Assembly: GCA_963850905.1 (NCBI GenBank)
Contig: CAWKMU010000004.1
Location: forward strand, 224,001 to 288,000
Direction of reading: 5' to 3'
DNA length: 64,000 bases
From: an uncultured Gemmatimonadales bacterium
GTDB lineage: Bacteria; Gemmatimonadota; Gemmatimonadetes; Gemmatimonadales; Gemmatimonadaceae
How positions within the stretch are numbered: position 1 is the stretch's first letter; the number at the start of each line of letters is the position of its first letter. Below, piece by piece: positions 38,228 to 48,049 of the stretch. The position numbers and the translations under genes were made by a program. The notes beneath the pieces are model-generated. The model did not search any database, was not told where the DNA came from, and saw only the letters and a program-made list of their open reading frames with translations.

Positions 38228-39871
38228 CTACGGGCGCTCTGCGACCGTCGCGAGCCGCACGCGCTCGAGGCGCCGCGTCTTCGAGGGCACGTTGTAGACC
38301 TGCAGCGAGACGATCGGCGCGCCGCCGTCGCTGGCCTTGCTCTCCGACGCCTTATGGAGCGCGTCGCGCAGCGCATCGGGGGTCGGGACCGGCGTGCCTT
38401 CAACAGACATGATGATGTCCGGCCCATTCTGCTCGGCCGCGAAGAGACGGCCAGACGCGGGGCTGCCATCGTCGACGTTCATGACGACTTCGCCCCGCAC
38501 GTTGTCGGGGAGCTGCAACTCCTGGACGACGGACGCATCGGTCGGCGCTACGGCGACGCCCAGGAGCGGCGCTGACGCATGCTTCCCTGACTCATCGCCG
38601 TTGTTATCGCTCACGCGACTGGCGGTTGCAAGCTGACCACCGTCGACGCTCTGGAGCTTGACGTGCAACGTCGTGTGCTCACCGCCCTTGCGTGCAACCT
38701 CGAGAGCGACCACGTCACCCGGCTTGCGGAACGCAATCGCTTCCTGCAGCTGCGCGACGTAGGTGACCGGGTGTCCGTCAACCGCGATGATGACATCACC
38801 GGGCCGGACGCCGGCCTGGCGCGCCGGCGAGTCCTGAGACCCGTAATCCTCGACGAGGACACCACCGATCGTGGTGAGCCCGGCGTAGGCTGCGTCGTCA
38901 GCTGACGCGTCGCGCACCTGCACGCCCAGCGCCGCGCGCTCGACATGGCCGGTCGCGATGATCTGCTGCATGACGTTGCGGGCCAGGTTGATCGGCACCG
39001 CGAACCCATAGCCGGTGTTGTACCCGGTCGGGCTCTCGATCGCCGAGTTGATCCCGATCACTTCGCCGCGGACGTTCACCAGCGGGCCACCCGAGTTGCC
39101 AGGATTGATGGCCGCATCCGTCTGGATGAAGTCTTGAATGCTCTTGTCGGAGCGGTTCGGCAACCGGAGCGCGCTCCGTCCCTTGGCGCTCACGATCCCC
39201 TGGGTCACCGTGAAGGTGAGATCCTCGCCAAGCGGGTTGCCGACGGCGAGCACCCATTCACCGACTCGCGCCGAGTCGCTGTTGCCGAGGGGCGCCGCAG
39301 TGAGCCCCTTCGCATCGATCTTGACGACCGCCACATCGGTCGTGGGATCGGTGCCGACGACACGGGCCTTGAACTCGCGATTGTCGAGCAACCGGACCGT
39401 CACCGTGGTCGCACCATCGACGACGTGGTTGTTCGTCAGGATGTAGCCGTCAGGCGACACGATGAAACCGGAGCCCGACGCGACGGCATCGCCCTGCGGC
39501 ATGTCGGGCATGTCGCCGCCGTCGGGCATGCCAGGCATCCCGCGGAAGAAGGGCATGATGTCGGGCGGCAGCATCTGTTGCCGGTGCTGCTTCCCGCGCT
39601 CGGACCGCGAAGCGACTTGCTCCGTGTGCTTCGCGACTATATAGACCACGCTCGGCCTGACGTGCAATGCGACCGAGGCGAACGCGTCGCTCAGGTCTTC
39701 CAGGCTGGTGACCGCCGCGCTGGGCGGCGCAATCGCAGCACCGATCGAAGCGGCAAACACGCGAGCGTGATGCAGCGATGTGGATTTGGTGAATCCAACG
39801 GTAGCGAGGGCGGCCACGCCTACCGCGGCAAGACCGCCGGCGCGCCAACGCGCGCCGCGAGCATCGAACAT
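38228..39871 (-). CDS. HtrA/DegP-like serine protease with PDZ domains
   Basis: GSGFIV, LTNNHVV, DVAVVKI, IQTDAAINPGNSGGPL; PDZ SPARQAGVRPGDVI; ATG 39871 after GGGAGG. Confidence 0.94.
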   Translation of the reverse strand: MFDARGARWRAGGLAAVGVAALATVGFTKSTSLHHARVFAASIGAAIAPPSAAVTSLEDLSDAFASVALHVRPSVVYIVAKHTEQVASRSERGKQHRQQMLPPDIMPFFRGMPGMPDGGDMPDMPQGDAVASGSGFIVSPDGYILTNNHVVDGATTVTVRLLDNREFKARVVGTDPTTDVAVVKIDAKGLTAAPLGNSDSARVGEWVLAVGNPLGEDLTFTVTQGIVSAKGRSALRLPNRSDKSIQDFIQTDAAINPGNSGGPLVNVRGEVIGINSAIESPTGYNTGYGFAVPINLARNVMQQIIATGHVERAALGVQVRDASADDAAYAGLTTIGGVLVEDYGSQDSPARQAGVRPGDVIIAVDGHPVTYVAQLQEAIAFRKPGDVVALEVARKGGEHTTLHVKLQSVDGGQLATASRVSDNNGDESGKHASAPLLGVAVAPTDASVVQELQLPDNVRGEVVMNVDDGSPASGRLFAAEQNGPDIIMSVEGTPVPTPDALRDALHKASESKASDGGAPIVSLQVYNVPSKTRRLERVRLATVAERP

Positions 39872-40205
39872 GAAGCGAACCTCCCGCAAGGGTAATGTGG
39901 GGCCAATAGAGTCCAGCCCGCTCGATCTGGACAGCGGGCGTCAGAATCGCCGGCGGCACACCGGTCGGTGGTCACCATGCGTCGTGCGCTTCTGTACTAC
40001 CCGCCGCCAATCAGGCGTGAGCGCCGCGCGCCGGCCGAAATTCGCGCGCGTGACCAAACATACCCGGGTCCGCCACGAAGGATCCGCGAGTCGCGCCGTC
40101 CATCATACCCATCGGCCCCATTTGCCCGCGCCGGCCATCACGGAGGTATCGGCTCATACCGGTGCGTGGCGCCAATCGAAAGGCCGGTCACGGTACGCCG
40201 CGACC

Positions 40206-40295
40206 GGCCTTGGACCGGTAGGGGCGACGCATTGCGTCGCCCGTCGTTGGTCATGGCATTTCGTTGTTGTTTGTGATCCCTGACCCCTGACCCCT
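40206..40295 (+). repeat. REP-like element with heptamer tail
   Basis: GGCCTTGGACCGGTAGGGGCGACGCATTGCGTCGCCCG ... (TGACCCC)n. Confidence 0.88.
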
Positions 40296-40299
40296 GTCT

Positions 40300-41406
40300 T
40301 TACGACCTCGGCGGTGCCCGCCACGCCGGCGGCGCTGACAAAATCGGCAGCACGCTCGCGAGCGTCGCCTTAGGCCACATCGAGGGCACACCGCGAACGA
40401 ACGTCACCAGCCCATCGATCGGCGATTGGATCTCGCCCGTGCGCCGGCCGAGGAAATCTGTCGTATAGCCGAGAGGCTGGCCCTTGGTGACGCGAACGTC
40501 GCGCTCGATGGACGCGAAGAACATCCCTGCGCTGTCGGCGGCGATGCGGGCCCCAGCCCCGTCGAGCCACACCGGATGGGCGATCGGTCGCGTGGGACGA
40601 TCCAGCATGTGCAGCGCGCCCAGCACATTGAGTGAGCCATCCACGAGCGCCGTGAGGTCCGACTGGGCCACGATCCCGCTCCGCCCCGCCTCGGCGACGA
40701 GCACCGTCTTGCCACGCACGAGCGCTTGTCCGGACAGAGAGCGACCGGCGTTCGGCGCGTCGGGATCGACGTCCGTGACGATGATGTGGTCCAGCCCGAA
40801 CGCCATGACGAGTTTGAGCCCCGCCGAGTCTTGCGCCGCGCGACCGCCGCGGAACCAGTAGCTATACGGTCGCAGATTCTCGTCGAGGTCCCCGCCGTGG
40901 AGGTCGACGACCACGTCGGCAGGCGTCACGACCTCGCTCGTGATTAGCGCGAGCGCGCGTTGCGTCTGGGTCCCGCTCGCATCCCCAGGATAATTGCCGT
41001 TCATGCTCTTGCGATCGATCGGGTTGAGATGCGGCGTCATTTGCTCGAACGACCCGATGTTGATGATCGGCACCACGATCACCGTCCCCGTCAGGCGGCG
41101 CGCATCGATTCGGGGAATGAGCTGCTGCATGGCCACGATCGAGCTGTATTCGGTGCCGTGACTGCCCGCGACGAACGCAACCACCGGACCCGGATGCTGT
41201 CCATGGATCACGGCCACGGGGATCGAAAGTGCCGAATCGGATCCCGACGGCACCGCAATCGTCCCCGTCGCGGTGGTCCCGAGCTGGGCGACGGCAGTCC
41301 CGACGGAGAAGGTCGCGGCATCACGACCCTGGGCGGCGGCGAGCGCGGGAACACAAGCCATGAAGGCGATCCCGCGGGCGAGCGAGCGGCAAAGTGGACG
41401 ACGCAT
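40300..41406 (-). CDS. Exported M14 succinylglutamate desuccinylase/aspartoacylase-like metallopeptidase
   Basis: AGSHGTEYS, VVDLHGGD, EAG motifs; signal peptide. Confidence 0.88.
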   Translation of the reverse strand: MRRPLCRSLARGIAFMACVPALAAAQGRDAATFSVGTAVAQLGTTATGTIAVPSGSDSALSIPVAVIHGQHPGPVVAFVAGSHGTEYSSIVAMQQLIPRIDARRLTGTVIVVPIINIGSFEQMTPHLNPIDRKSMNGNYPGDASGTQTQRALALITSEVVTPADVVVDLHGGDLDENLRPYSYWFRGGRAAQDSAGLKLVMAFGLDHIIVTDVDPDAPNAGRSLSGQALVRGKTVLVAEAGRSGIVAQSDLTALVDGSLNVLGALHMLDRPTRPIAHPVWLDGAGARIAADSAGMFFASIERDVRVTKGQPLGYTTDFLGRRTGEIQSPIDGLVTFVRGVPSMWPKATLASVLPILSAPPAWRAPPRS

Positions 41407-41410
41407 GGCG

Positions 41411-41698
41411 TTACCCGGTGGTGGTGGGTGCCTTGGCGAAGCGCTGGCGGCTACGCTCGCGCGCCTTGTGGATCTCCTCCTCGCGGTTTCGCGGAGGCAC
41501 TGTGGTCTCGTACGACCCGATCAGACGCTGAGCGGCAGCGGTCACCTCATCGACTGCGCGGGCAAACGCCGCTTCGTTCACCCGGGAGGGGTGGCTGGTG
41601 CCACTCAACTTGCGCACGAACTGCAGTGCCGACGCGCGAATCTCCGCGTCGGTGGCGGGGGGCTCGAAATTGGCGAGCGTCTTGATGTTACGGCACAT
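41411..41698 (-). CDS. DUF2277 family protein
   Basis: MCRNIKTLANFEPPATDAEIRASALQFVRKLSG signature. Confidence 0.92.
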   Translation of the reverse strand: MCRNIKTLANFEPPATDAEIRASALQFVRKLSGTSHPSRVNEAAFARAVDEVTAAAQRLIGSYETTVPPRNREEEIHKARERSRQRFAKAPTTTG

Positions 41699-41830
41699 GG
41701 CACAAGCGGCGGCTGCCGCGAGCTGAGGGTGAATACCAGGCCAATCTACAGAGGGCGGGTCGAGGAGCCAGATCCTTGCGGTCGCGGCCGCTTTAAGTTG
41801 CCGCCTCGCGACTGTGGGTCCAAGGCCGTC

Positions 41831-41859
41831 TTGACAGCGGCTCGACTTGTCCCCACACT
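41831..41859 (+). promoter_or_regulatory. sigma70-type promoter for SusC #2
   Basis: TTGACA-17 nt-CACACT; implies a leader of about 200 nt. Confidence 0.55.
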
Positions 41860-42069
41860 AGGCCCGCTTTAACGCGCTCTAACAACCCGGACGACCGGCG
41901 CCATGCCGGCCGCCGGCTGGTGGTGTTCGCGGACGGCGGCTCTCGACGAGCTGCTGGTCCTCGTACGCCCGTCATCAGTGGCTTTGTGCCGATCATCGGA
42001 GGGAGAGGTAGTCGTGACTGAATTGTCCGAATGGATTCGTTTTCCCGCTCACCAAACGAAGGAGGGTTC

Positions 42070-45000
42070 GTGAAGACCTACCACGTGGGGAAAGTCTGGC
42101 GCGTGGCGTGGGGCCTGTCGCTGGCCCTTGTGGCCGCGTTGTCGACCGCTGCCGGCGCGCAGGAGGGCACGCGGATCACGGGTCGCGTCATGGACGGGGC
42201 AGAACATGTACCGATTGGCTCGGCCCAGATCATCGTGTCTGGTACGACGATTGGCCAGAACACGACCGACAGCGGCACGTTCGCCTTGCACGTGCCGGCG
42301 GACGCGAGGTCGATCGTCGTGCGGCGCATCGGGTACCTCGCGCAGACCATCCCGATCGTTGCCGGCAAGACGGAGTACACGGTCACCCTGCAGAAGGACG
42401 TCCTCCGCCTCGAGACGCAGGTCGTCACGGGCATCGCGACGAGCGTCGCCTCGCAGAACTCCGCGAACGCGGTATCGGTCGTCAGCACACAGGACATCAA
42501 CCAGGTCCCCGCACCGACGCTCGAGAACTCGATCCAGGGCAAGATCCCGGGCGCCGTGATTCAGGGGAACAACGGCGGCGCCCCCGGGGGCGGGCTGCAG
42601 ATCCAGGTTCGTGGCGTCACTTCGATCTACGGCAACGGGACGCCGCTTTATGTGGTCGATGGTGTGATCGTCGACAACGAGACCGTCAACGCCGACGAGA
42701 ACGCCATCAACAATTCCGGCGGCGGCACCACCTCGACCGGCGCGTCGGCCTCCGGCGCACCCAGCCCGCAGGACAACGGTGTCAACCGCATGGCCGACAT
42801 CAACCCGGATGACATCGAGTCGCTCGAAGTGTTGAAGGGCGCCTCCGCATCGGCGATCTACGGGTCCAAGGCATCGGCAGGCGTCGTCGTCATTACGACC
42901 AAGAAGGGCGCGAGCGGGAAGCCCAGGTGGACCTTCAGCAACCAGGTGGGACACTTCGCCGAGCAGAGAGAGTACCCGATCCGCACGTTCGGCACCCTCG
43001 CCTCCGCCGAAGGCTGGTACAACAACGACATCGCCGACAACACCTCGCCTTCCGCCATCGCCGCAGGCAACGCCAAGATCTCGAGCGAGTATGCAGGTCC
43101 TCAGGATTTTCAGCGACAGCTCTTCGGCAACCCGGCCGCCGCGTACCAGTCGAACATCAGCGTGAGTGGTACCTCGGGCGCGACACAGTACTACCTGTCG
43201 GGGCTATCGAAGTATGACAACGGCATCCTGTACAACACCGGATACAACAAGCAGTCAGTCCGCTCCAACATCACGGAGCAGTTCGCCAGCGCGCTGTCGG
43301 TTACGGCAAACCTGAATTACGTCCACAGCGTGACCGACCGCGGCATCACGGGCAACGACAACATCGGGATCAGCCCGTACGACGTGTTCTCCTACACGCC
43401 GGGCTTCGTGAACCTGCGTGAGCTCCCAAATGGCACGTATCCGCTCAACCCGTTCGGGCCAGCCAATCCGTTCGCCGATGCCGCCGAGATCAACACGCCG
43501 CAGCAGTTGAGTCGTTTCATGGGCGGCGGCAACATCAACTGGATCCCCTGGAAGACCGAGCACCAGAGCCTGCAGCTCACCGCGACCGGCGGCGCAGACC
43601 TGTCGAGCTTCCAGGCGCTCCTCTACGCCCCGCCGACGCTGCAGGTCGAGCAACGCGAGCCGAGCGGGCTGCCCGGCACCTCGGTGTCGAACACAGACCA
43701 GATCAACTACTTCAACTACGAACTCAACGCCATCCACCACTACACCGGACTTTCCTGGCTCGACGCAACGACCTCGATCGGCTTCGAGCGCGACCGGCGC
43801 AGCAACGTGAACCCGGTCTCGATCGGCTACAACCTACTCGCGGGTGTCAACGCGCCGACCGTGGGCACGGTGCAGAACAACTTCTTCTACAACTCGAAGC
43901 AGCTGGACCAGTCGTTCTACGGGCAAGAGCAGCTGCTCCTGTTCGACTCGCGACTGTCGATGACCGGCGGGGTCGCGGCGGAGCGCTCCACCAACGACGG
44001 CAACATCAACAAGTTCTACTATTACCCGCACTACTCCGCGTCGTATCGGGTGCCGCAGTTCGTCGGTTTCCTGGACGAGCTCAAGTTCCGCGCTGCCTAC
44101 GGCCAGTCCGGGAACCTGGCGCCCTACGGGTCCAAGTACTCGACCCTCCCGCCAGCGTTCATTGCGGGGCAGGCTGCCTTTGCGAGCAACATCTTGCTCG
44201 GTGACGCCAACATCAAGCCCGAGAACGAGGTGGAGACGGAGTTCGGATTCGATGCGACGATGTTCCACTCGCGGGCGCAGTTCTCAGCGACGGTCTACCA
44301 GAAGCGCCTCTCCAGCCTCCTCCTGCAGGCCGGGGTCGCACCGTCGTACGGGTATAGCTATCAGTATGTGAACGGCGGCGAGTTCACGAACCAGGGGATC
44401 GAGCTCTCGCTCCAGATGACGCCCGTTCAGCTGCGCAACGGCTTCACCTGGGTCACGACGACGTCGGTCTACCGCAACACCAGCGTCGTCAACGCGCTGC
44501 CCACACCGCCGTTCGCGTCATGCGAAGGCGGCTGGTGCTACGGTGGCTTCTTTGCCGTCGGCCGGTCCGTCACGGAGATGGTGAACACCGCCTTCAGCAC
44601 GTCGACGGGACTGCCAGTGCAGAACGGCGATGCGAGCCCCGGCGTGCTCACGGAGCTCGGCAACGAGTTCACGTGGAAAGGATTCCGGGTGTATGGGTTC
44701 CTCGACTGGGCTCGGGGCGGGAACACCGCAGACGCAACGGATTTGTACTTCGACTACGGGGCGCAGCTCTACGCCGACTCGGCCCTCAGTCAGAAACGGC
44801 TGTCGCAGTTGGCGCTCGGGCTCTCGCCCTGGACCCAGCCGGCCAGCTTCCTCAAGGTTCGCGAGGTGACGATCAGCTACTCGCTGCCCGCGCGCTTCGT
44901 TAACAGTTTTGCCGGTGGCCGGATCAACACCGTCCGCATCAACCTCAGCGGCTACAACCTGTGGGATATCACCAACTACGACGGCATGGACCCGGAGGTC

Positions 45001-45096
45001 AGCTTCGCCGGCAACCAGGCGGTCCGCGCGGCCGGCGAAGTCACACCGTACCCACCGGCGCGCAGTTTCTACTTCGGCCTCGACTTGGGACTCTAA
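42070..45096 (+). CDS. SusC/RagA-type TonB-dependent receptor #2
   Basis: Same plug and barrel motifs as #1; GTG 42070 after AAGGAGG; ends YPPARSFYFGLDLGL. Confidence 0.94.
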   Translation: MKTYHVGKVWRVAWGLSLALVAALSTAAGAQEGTRITGRVMDGAEHVPIGSAQIIVSGTTIGQNTTDSGTFALHVPADARSIVVRRIGYLAQTIPIVAGKTEYTVTLQKDVLRLETQVVTGIATSVASQNSANAVSVVSTQDINQVPAPTLENSIQGKIPGAVIQGNNGGAPGGGLQIQVRGVTSIYGNGTPLYVVDGVIVDNETVNADENAINNSGGGTTSTGASASGAPSPQDNGVNRMADINPDDIESLEVLKGASASAIYGSKASAGVVVITTKKGASGKPRWTFSNQVGHFAEQREYPIRTFGTLASAEGWYNNDIADNTSPSAIAAGNAKISSEYAGPQDFQRQLFGNPAAAYQSNISVSGTSGATQYYLSGLSKYDNGILYNTGYNKQSVRSNITEQFASALSVTANLNYVHSVTDRGITGNDNIGISPYDVFSYTPGFVNLRELPNGTYPLNPFGPANPFADAAEINTPQQLSRFMGGGNINWIPWKTEHQSLQLTATGGADLSSFQALLYAPPTLQVEQREPSGLPGTSVSNTDQINYFNYELNAIHHYTGLSWLDATTSIGFERDRRSNVNPVSIGYNLLAGVNAPTVGTVQNNFFYNSKQLDQSFYGQEQLLLFDSRLSMTGGVAAERSTNDGNINKFYYYPHYSASYRVPQFVGFLDELKFRAAYGQSGNLAPYGSKYSTLPPAFIAGQAAFASNILLGDANIKPENEVETEFGFDATMFHSRAQFSATVYQKRLSSLLLQAGVAPSYGYSYQYVNGGEFTNQGIELSLQMTPVQLRNGFTWVTTTSVYRNTSVVNALPTPPFASCEGGWCYGGFFAVGRSVTEMVNTAFSTSTGLPVQNGDASPGVLTELGNEFTWKGFRVYGFLDWARGGNTADATDLYFDYGAQLYADSALSQKRLSQLALGLSPWTQPASFLKVREVTISYSLPARFVNSFAGGRINTVRINLSGYNLWDITNYDGMDPEVSFAGNQAVRAAGEVTPYPPARSFYFGLDLGL

Positions 45097-45097
45097 C

Positions 45098-46639
45098 ATG
45101 ACGCATACACAGAGCACCTCGAGCGGCCGACGGCATCGGCGGAGGTACGCGGCGCTGGCCGGTGCCGCCGCGATCGTCGTGGCCGCCGCTTGCAGCGACA
45201 GCAACGTGCCATTCCTCACAGCGCCCACGGCGGTCCCGAATTCCGCCACTGGCGTTCAACAAGCCGTACTGGGGCTCATCGCCGCGACCCGAAACGACAT
45301 GCTGCAGATCGCGGAGGAGCTGTCGGCGATGTCACGAGAGATGAGCAACTTCACTCCCACGGAGCCGCGCTTCATCGAGTACGATACCGGCATCAACCCC
45401 ATTCCGGTCGGCAGCTGGATCGAGACTTGGGCCAACCAGTACCAGGACATACGCACGGCGCAACTCATCCTGGCGTCGCTCTCCCAGGTGCAGCCCGCGT
45501 ACTCGAGCCAGCAAATGGCAGCTCTCACAGGGCTGGTACAGACCCTCGAGGCGTACAACTACCTACTCGTCGAATGGGCGCACGACTCCGAGGGCGAGGT
45601 CATCGTGGAGTCGCCCAATGCGACGACGCTCAACCCGTTACTGTGCCAGACGGATTTTCTGGATTCCGTCGTGACGCTGCTCGACGTCGCCAACGCCAAC
45701 CTGAACACGGCCGGCGCGACGGCGTTCCCCTTCAACCTGCCCCCGGGCTTCGGAGCGGTCAGCCAGTTTGCAGGCCCTAGCACGAAAGCCGGCTCCTTCG
45801 CGTCCTTCAATCGGGCGCTCGCCGCCAAGGCGAGAATGGAGCTGGCCTACGCCAAGGGCGGGGCGACGCCGAACCACCCGGGCAACCCCATCCAGTCGAT
45901 CCTTCAGAGCGCGGACAGCGCGATGAACGCGTCGGCCCTTTATCAACCGACCGCGCTGCCAACAAACCCAACGGGCAACTGGGCCTACGACAATTTCAGC
46001 GTGTTGCTGGATTTCAGCGCCGCGTCGGGTGACCAGGTCAATCCGCTGAACCAGAACATCGGCACGGAGGCCATCCTCAGCCAGATGGTCACCGACCAGG
46101 ACACCATCCACGACCTGCGCTGGAAAGCGAAGGCCAAGCTCAATCCTGCCTACTGCCCCACGTGTGCCTGGCCCGTGTCGCAGACGGGATACTCCGAAGT
46201 GCACGCACCTAACAGCCCGACCGTGGCGTCGGTCTACATTCCGGCCATGTACTCGGCGCCAGGCTCGCCGATGCCGATGATTCGGAGCGAGACGATGACG
46301 TTGACGGAAGCGATGATCCGCCTGGGTCTGAATGACCTGAGCGGGGCCATGGCCCTGGTCAACGACGTGCGAACGGAAGTGGGCGGCCTCGCGCCGCTTA
46401 CCCTGACGAGCCCTACGGACATCCAGAATCAGATCATGAAGGAGCAGGAGATCTCGACCTTCGCAGAAGGCGGCGCCGACCGGCTGATCTCGATCCGGCT
46501 CTACGGCGTTGCGGCGCAGGCCGACACGACGTGGGAGCACGTTCCGCCGTACAACAGGGATCAACACACGACCGTGTTCCCGATCACCTCCGAGGAGCTC
46601 ACCGGCCGCGGCGGTACCTGGGCCCCGAGCTGTCCATAA
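45098..46639 (+). CDS. SusD/RagB-like lipoprotein #2
   Basis: Lipobox AAAC-SDSNVPF; paralogue of #1; starts 1 nt after the SusC stop. Confidence 0.86.
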   Translation: MTHTQSTSSGRRHRRRYAALAGAAAIVVAAACSDSNVPFLTAPTAVPNSATGVQQAVLGLIAATRNDMLQIAEELSAMSREMSNFTPTEPRFIEYDTGINPIPVGSWIETWANQYQDIRTAQLILASLSQVQPAYSSQQMAALTGLVQTLEAYNYLLVEWAHDSEGEVIVESPNATTLNPLLCQTDFLDSVVTLLDVANANLNTAGATAFPFNLPPGFGAVSQFAGPSTKAGSFASFNRALAAKARMELAYAKGGATPNHPGNPIQSILQSADSAMNASALYQPTALPTNPTGNWAYDNFSVLLDFSAASGDQVNPLNQNIGTEAILSQMVTDQDTIHDLRWKAKAKLNPAYCPTCAWPVSQTGYSEVHAPNSPTVASVYIPAMYSAPGSPMPMIRSETMTLTEAMIRLGLNDLSGAMALVNDVRTEVGGLAPLTLTSPTDIQNQIMKEQEISTFAEGGADRLISIRLYGVAAQADTTWEHVPPYNRDQHTTVFPITSEELTGRGGTWAPSCP

Positions 46640-46650
46640 CAGTGGGCGGA

Positions 46651-46765
46651 TAGGGATCAGGCGTTAGGGATTAGGAACAGCAACACCAGGAGGGCCAGCG
46701 ACGGAGACGTCGCTGGCCCTCCTCTCATCCACAGCAGAGCATCGCCTAAACCCCCTAACACCAAC
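46651..46765 (+). terminator. Hairpin after SusD #2 flanked by heptamer-like tracts
   Basis: tagggat caggcgt tagggat taggaac; GGAGGGCCAGCGACG-GAGA-CGTCGCTGGCCCTCC (46689-46722); cctaaac ccctaac downstream. Confidence 0.7.
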
Positions 46766-46829
46766 TCCGCCCTCCAGACTGTTCCATCCAATGAAGGTGA
46801 ACTAACGGCCACCGCATCTGCCCCTGCGT

Positions 46830-46845
46830 TGGCTGGCGCTTTGCA
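46830..46845 (+). promoter_or_regulatory. sigma54-like promoter for the SDR gene
   Basis: TGGCTGGCGCTTTGCA = TGGC-N7-TTGCA (GG-N10-GC), 35 nt upstream of the ATG. Confidence 0.6.
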
Positions 46846-46879
46846 TGGATGCCGGCCAACACACGGTCGACAGGATCTC

Positions 46880-47842
46880 ATGGCCCATCGGTTACACGTC
46901 AATGGCCACTTAGCGACCACGGCAGGGGTGTTGGCGGCCGGCCTCGCCGTCGGCCGTTGGCTCCTCCACGAGAGCCGCAGAATCGATTTTGACGAGCGCC
47001 ATGTCCTGATCACCGGAGGGTCCCGGGGCCTCGGGCTCGTCCTGGCCCGGGCGTTCGCTGCGGAAGGCGCGCGCCTTGCCATTTGTGGACGCGACGAAAC
47101 CGAGCTCGAGAACGCATGCGCCGAGCTGGCGGGGGTGGGCGCCGACGTCCATGCCTTCGTTGGCGACATGACCAACGCAGCCCAGGTCCGCCAGCTGATA
47201 CCGTCCGTTGAGGACCAAGGCGGCCCGATCAATGTCGTGGTCAATAACGCGGGGCTGTTTCAGGTCGGGCCGTACGACTCGACCACCGTCAATGACTACG
47301 ACCGCGCGATGCGCACACACTTCTGGGGACCACTCTACGTCATCCAGACTATCCTCCCCAAGATGCGCGAGCGGCACTTCGGGCGCATCGTGAACATCGC
47401 GTCGATTGGCGGGAAAGTGAGCGTGCCACACCTGCTGCCCTACAGCGCGAGCAAGTTTGCGCTCGTGGGGCTCTCGGAAGGACTCCGTGCAGAGCTGGCA
47501 CGAGACAATGTGTACGTCACTACGGTGTGCCCGGGACTCATGCGCGTTGGTGGCCAGCGGCGCGCCCACCTCAGCGATCAGCAAAGCGCTGAATTTGCGC
47601 TCTTCGCCGCCGGCGACGACGCACCCGCGCTCTCCGGCAATGCCACCCGCACTGCGCGGCGCATCGTCGAGGCCTGTCGGTACGCAGAAGCAGAACTCGT
47701 CATTGGCGCGCCAGCGCGCGCGGCCGCGTGGCTCCACGGCCTCTTGCCGGGAATGACCAGCGAGGCCCTGGGCATCCTGAACCGCCTGCTCCCGAAGAGC
47801 CGCCCGTCGTCCCTCAACCACGAACCTGCAACGGACCGGTAG
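46880..47842 (+). CDS. Short-chain dehydrogenase/reductase
   Basis: ITGGSRGLG, NNAG, IASIGG, YSASK catalytic motif. Confidence 0.92.
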   Translation: MAHRLHVNGHLATTAGVLAAGLAVGRWLLHESRRIDFDERHVLITGGSRGLGLVLARAFAAEGARLAICGRDETELENACAELAGVGADVHAFVGDMTNAAQVRQLIPSVEDQGGPINVVVNNAGLFQVGPYDSTTVNDYDRAMRTHFWGPLYVIQTILPKMRERHFGRIVNIASIGGKVSVPHLLPYSASKFALVGLSEGLRAELARDNVYVTTVCPGLMRVGGQRRAHLSDQQSAEFALFAAGDDAPALSGNATRTARRIVEACRYAEAELVIGAPARAAAWLHGLLPGMTSEALGILNRLLPKSRPSSLNHEPATDR

Positions 47843-47876
47843 GGCTGTGGGCGCCTGAGAAAGCTGCCCCCGGCGG

Positions 47877-47898
47877 GTAGGGCGACGCATGCGTCGCC
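47877..47898 (+). repeat. REP-like copy
   Basis: GTAGGGCGACGCATGCGTCGCC; a partial GGACCGGTAGGG at 47833-47844 overlaps the SDR stop. Confidence 0.78.
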
Positions 47899-48049
47899 GT
47901 CTCAGCCGTCCGCGCGATTCCGAGGCGCAACGCCTTCCGCCGCCCGCGCGATTCCAAAGCACCATCTGCATGGCAACGTTACCCGCGATCGGCTACCGTT
48001 CCGCGGTGCTGTCTTTCACACTATCACGTCGGTTCTAACGCAAGACGCA

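Noticed and set aside
41860..42069. Riboswitch in the SusC #2 leader
   Set aside because: Could not identify cobalamin, TPP or c-di-GMP consensus elements by eye; an Rfam scan would be needed.
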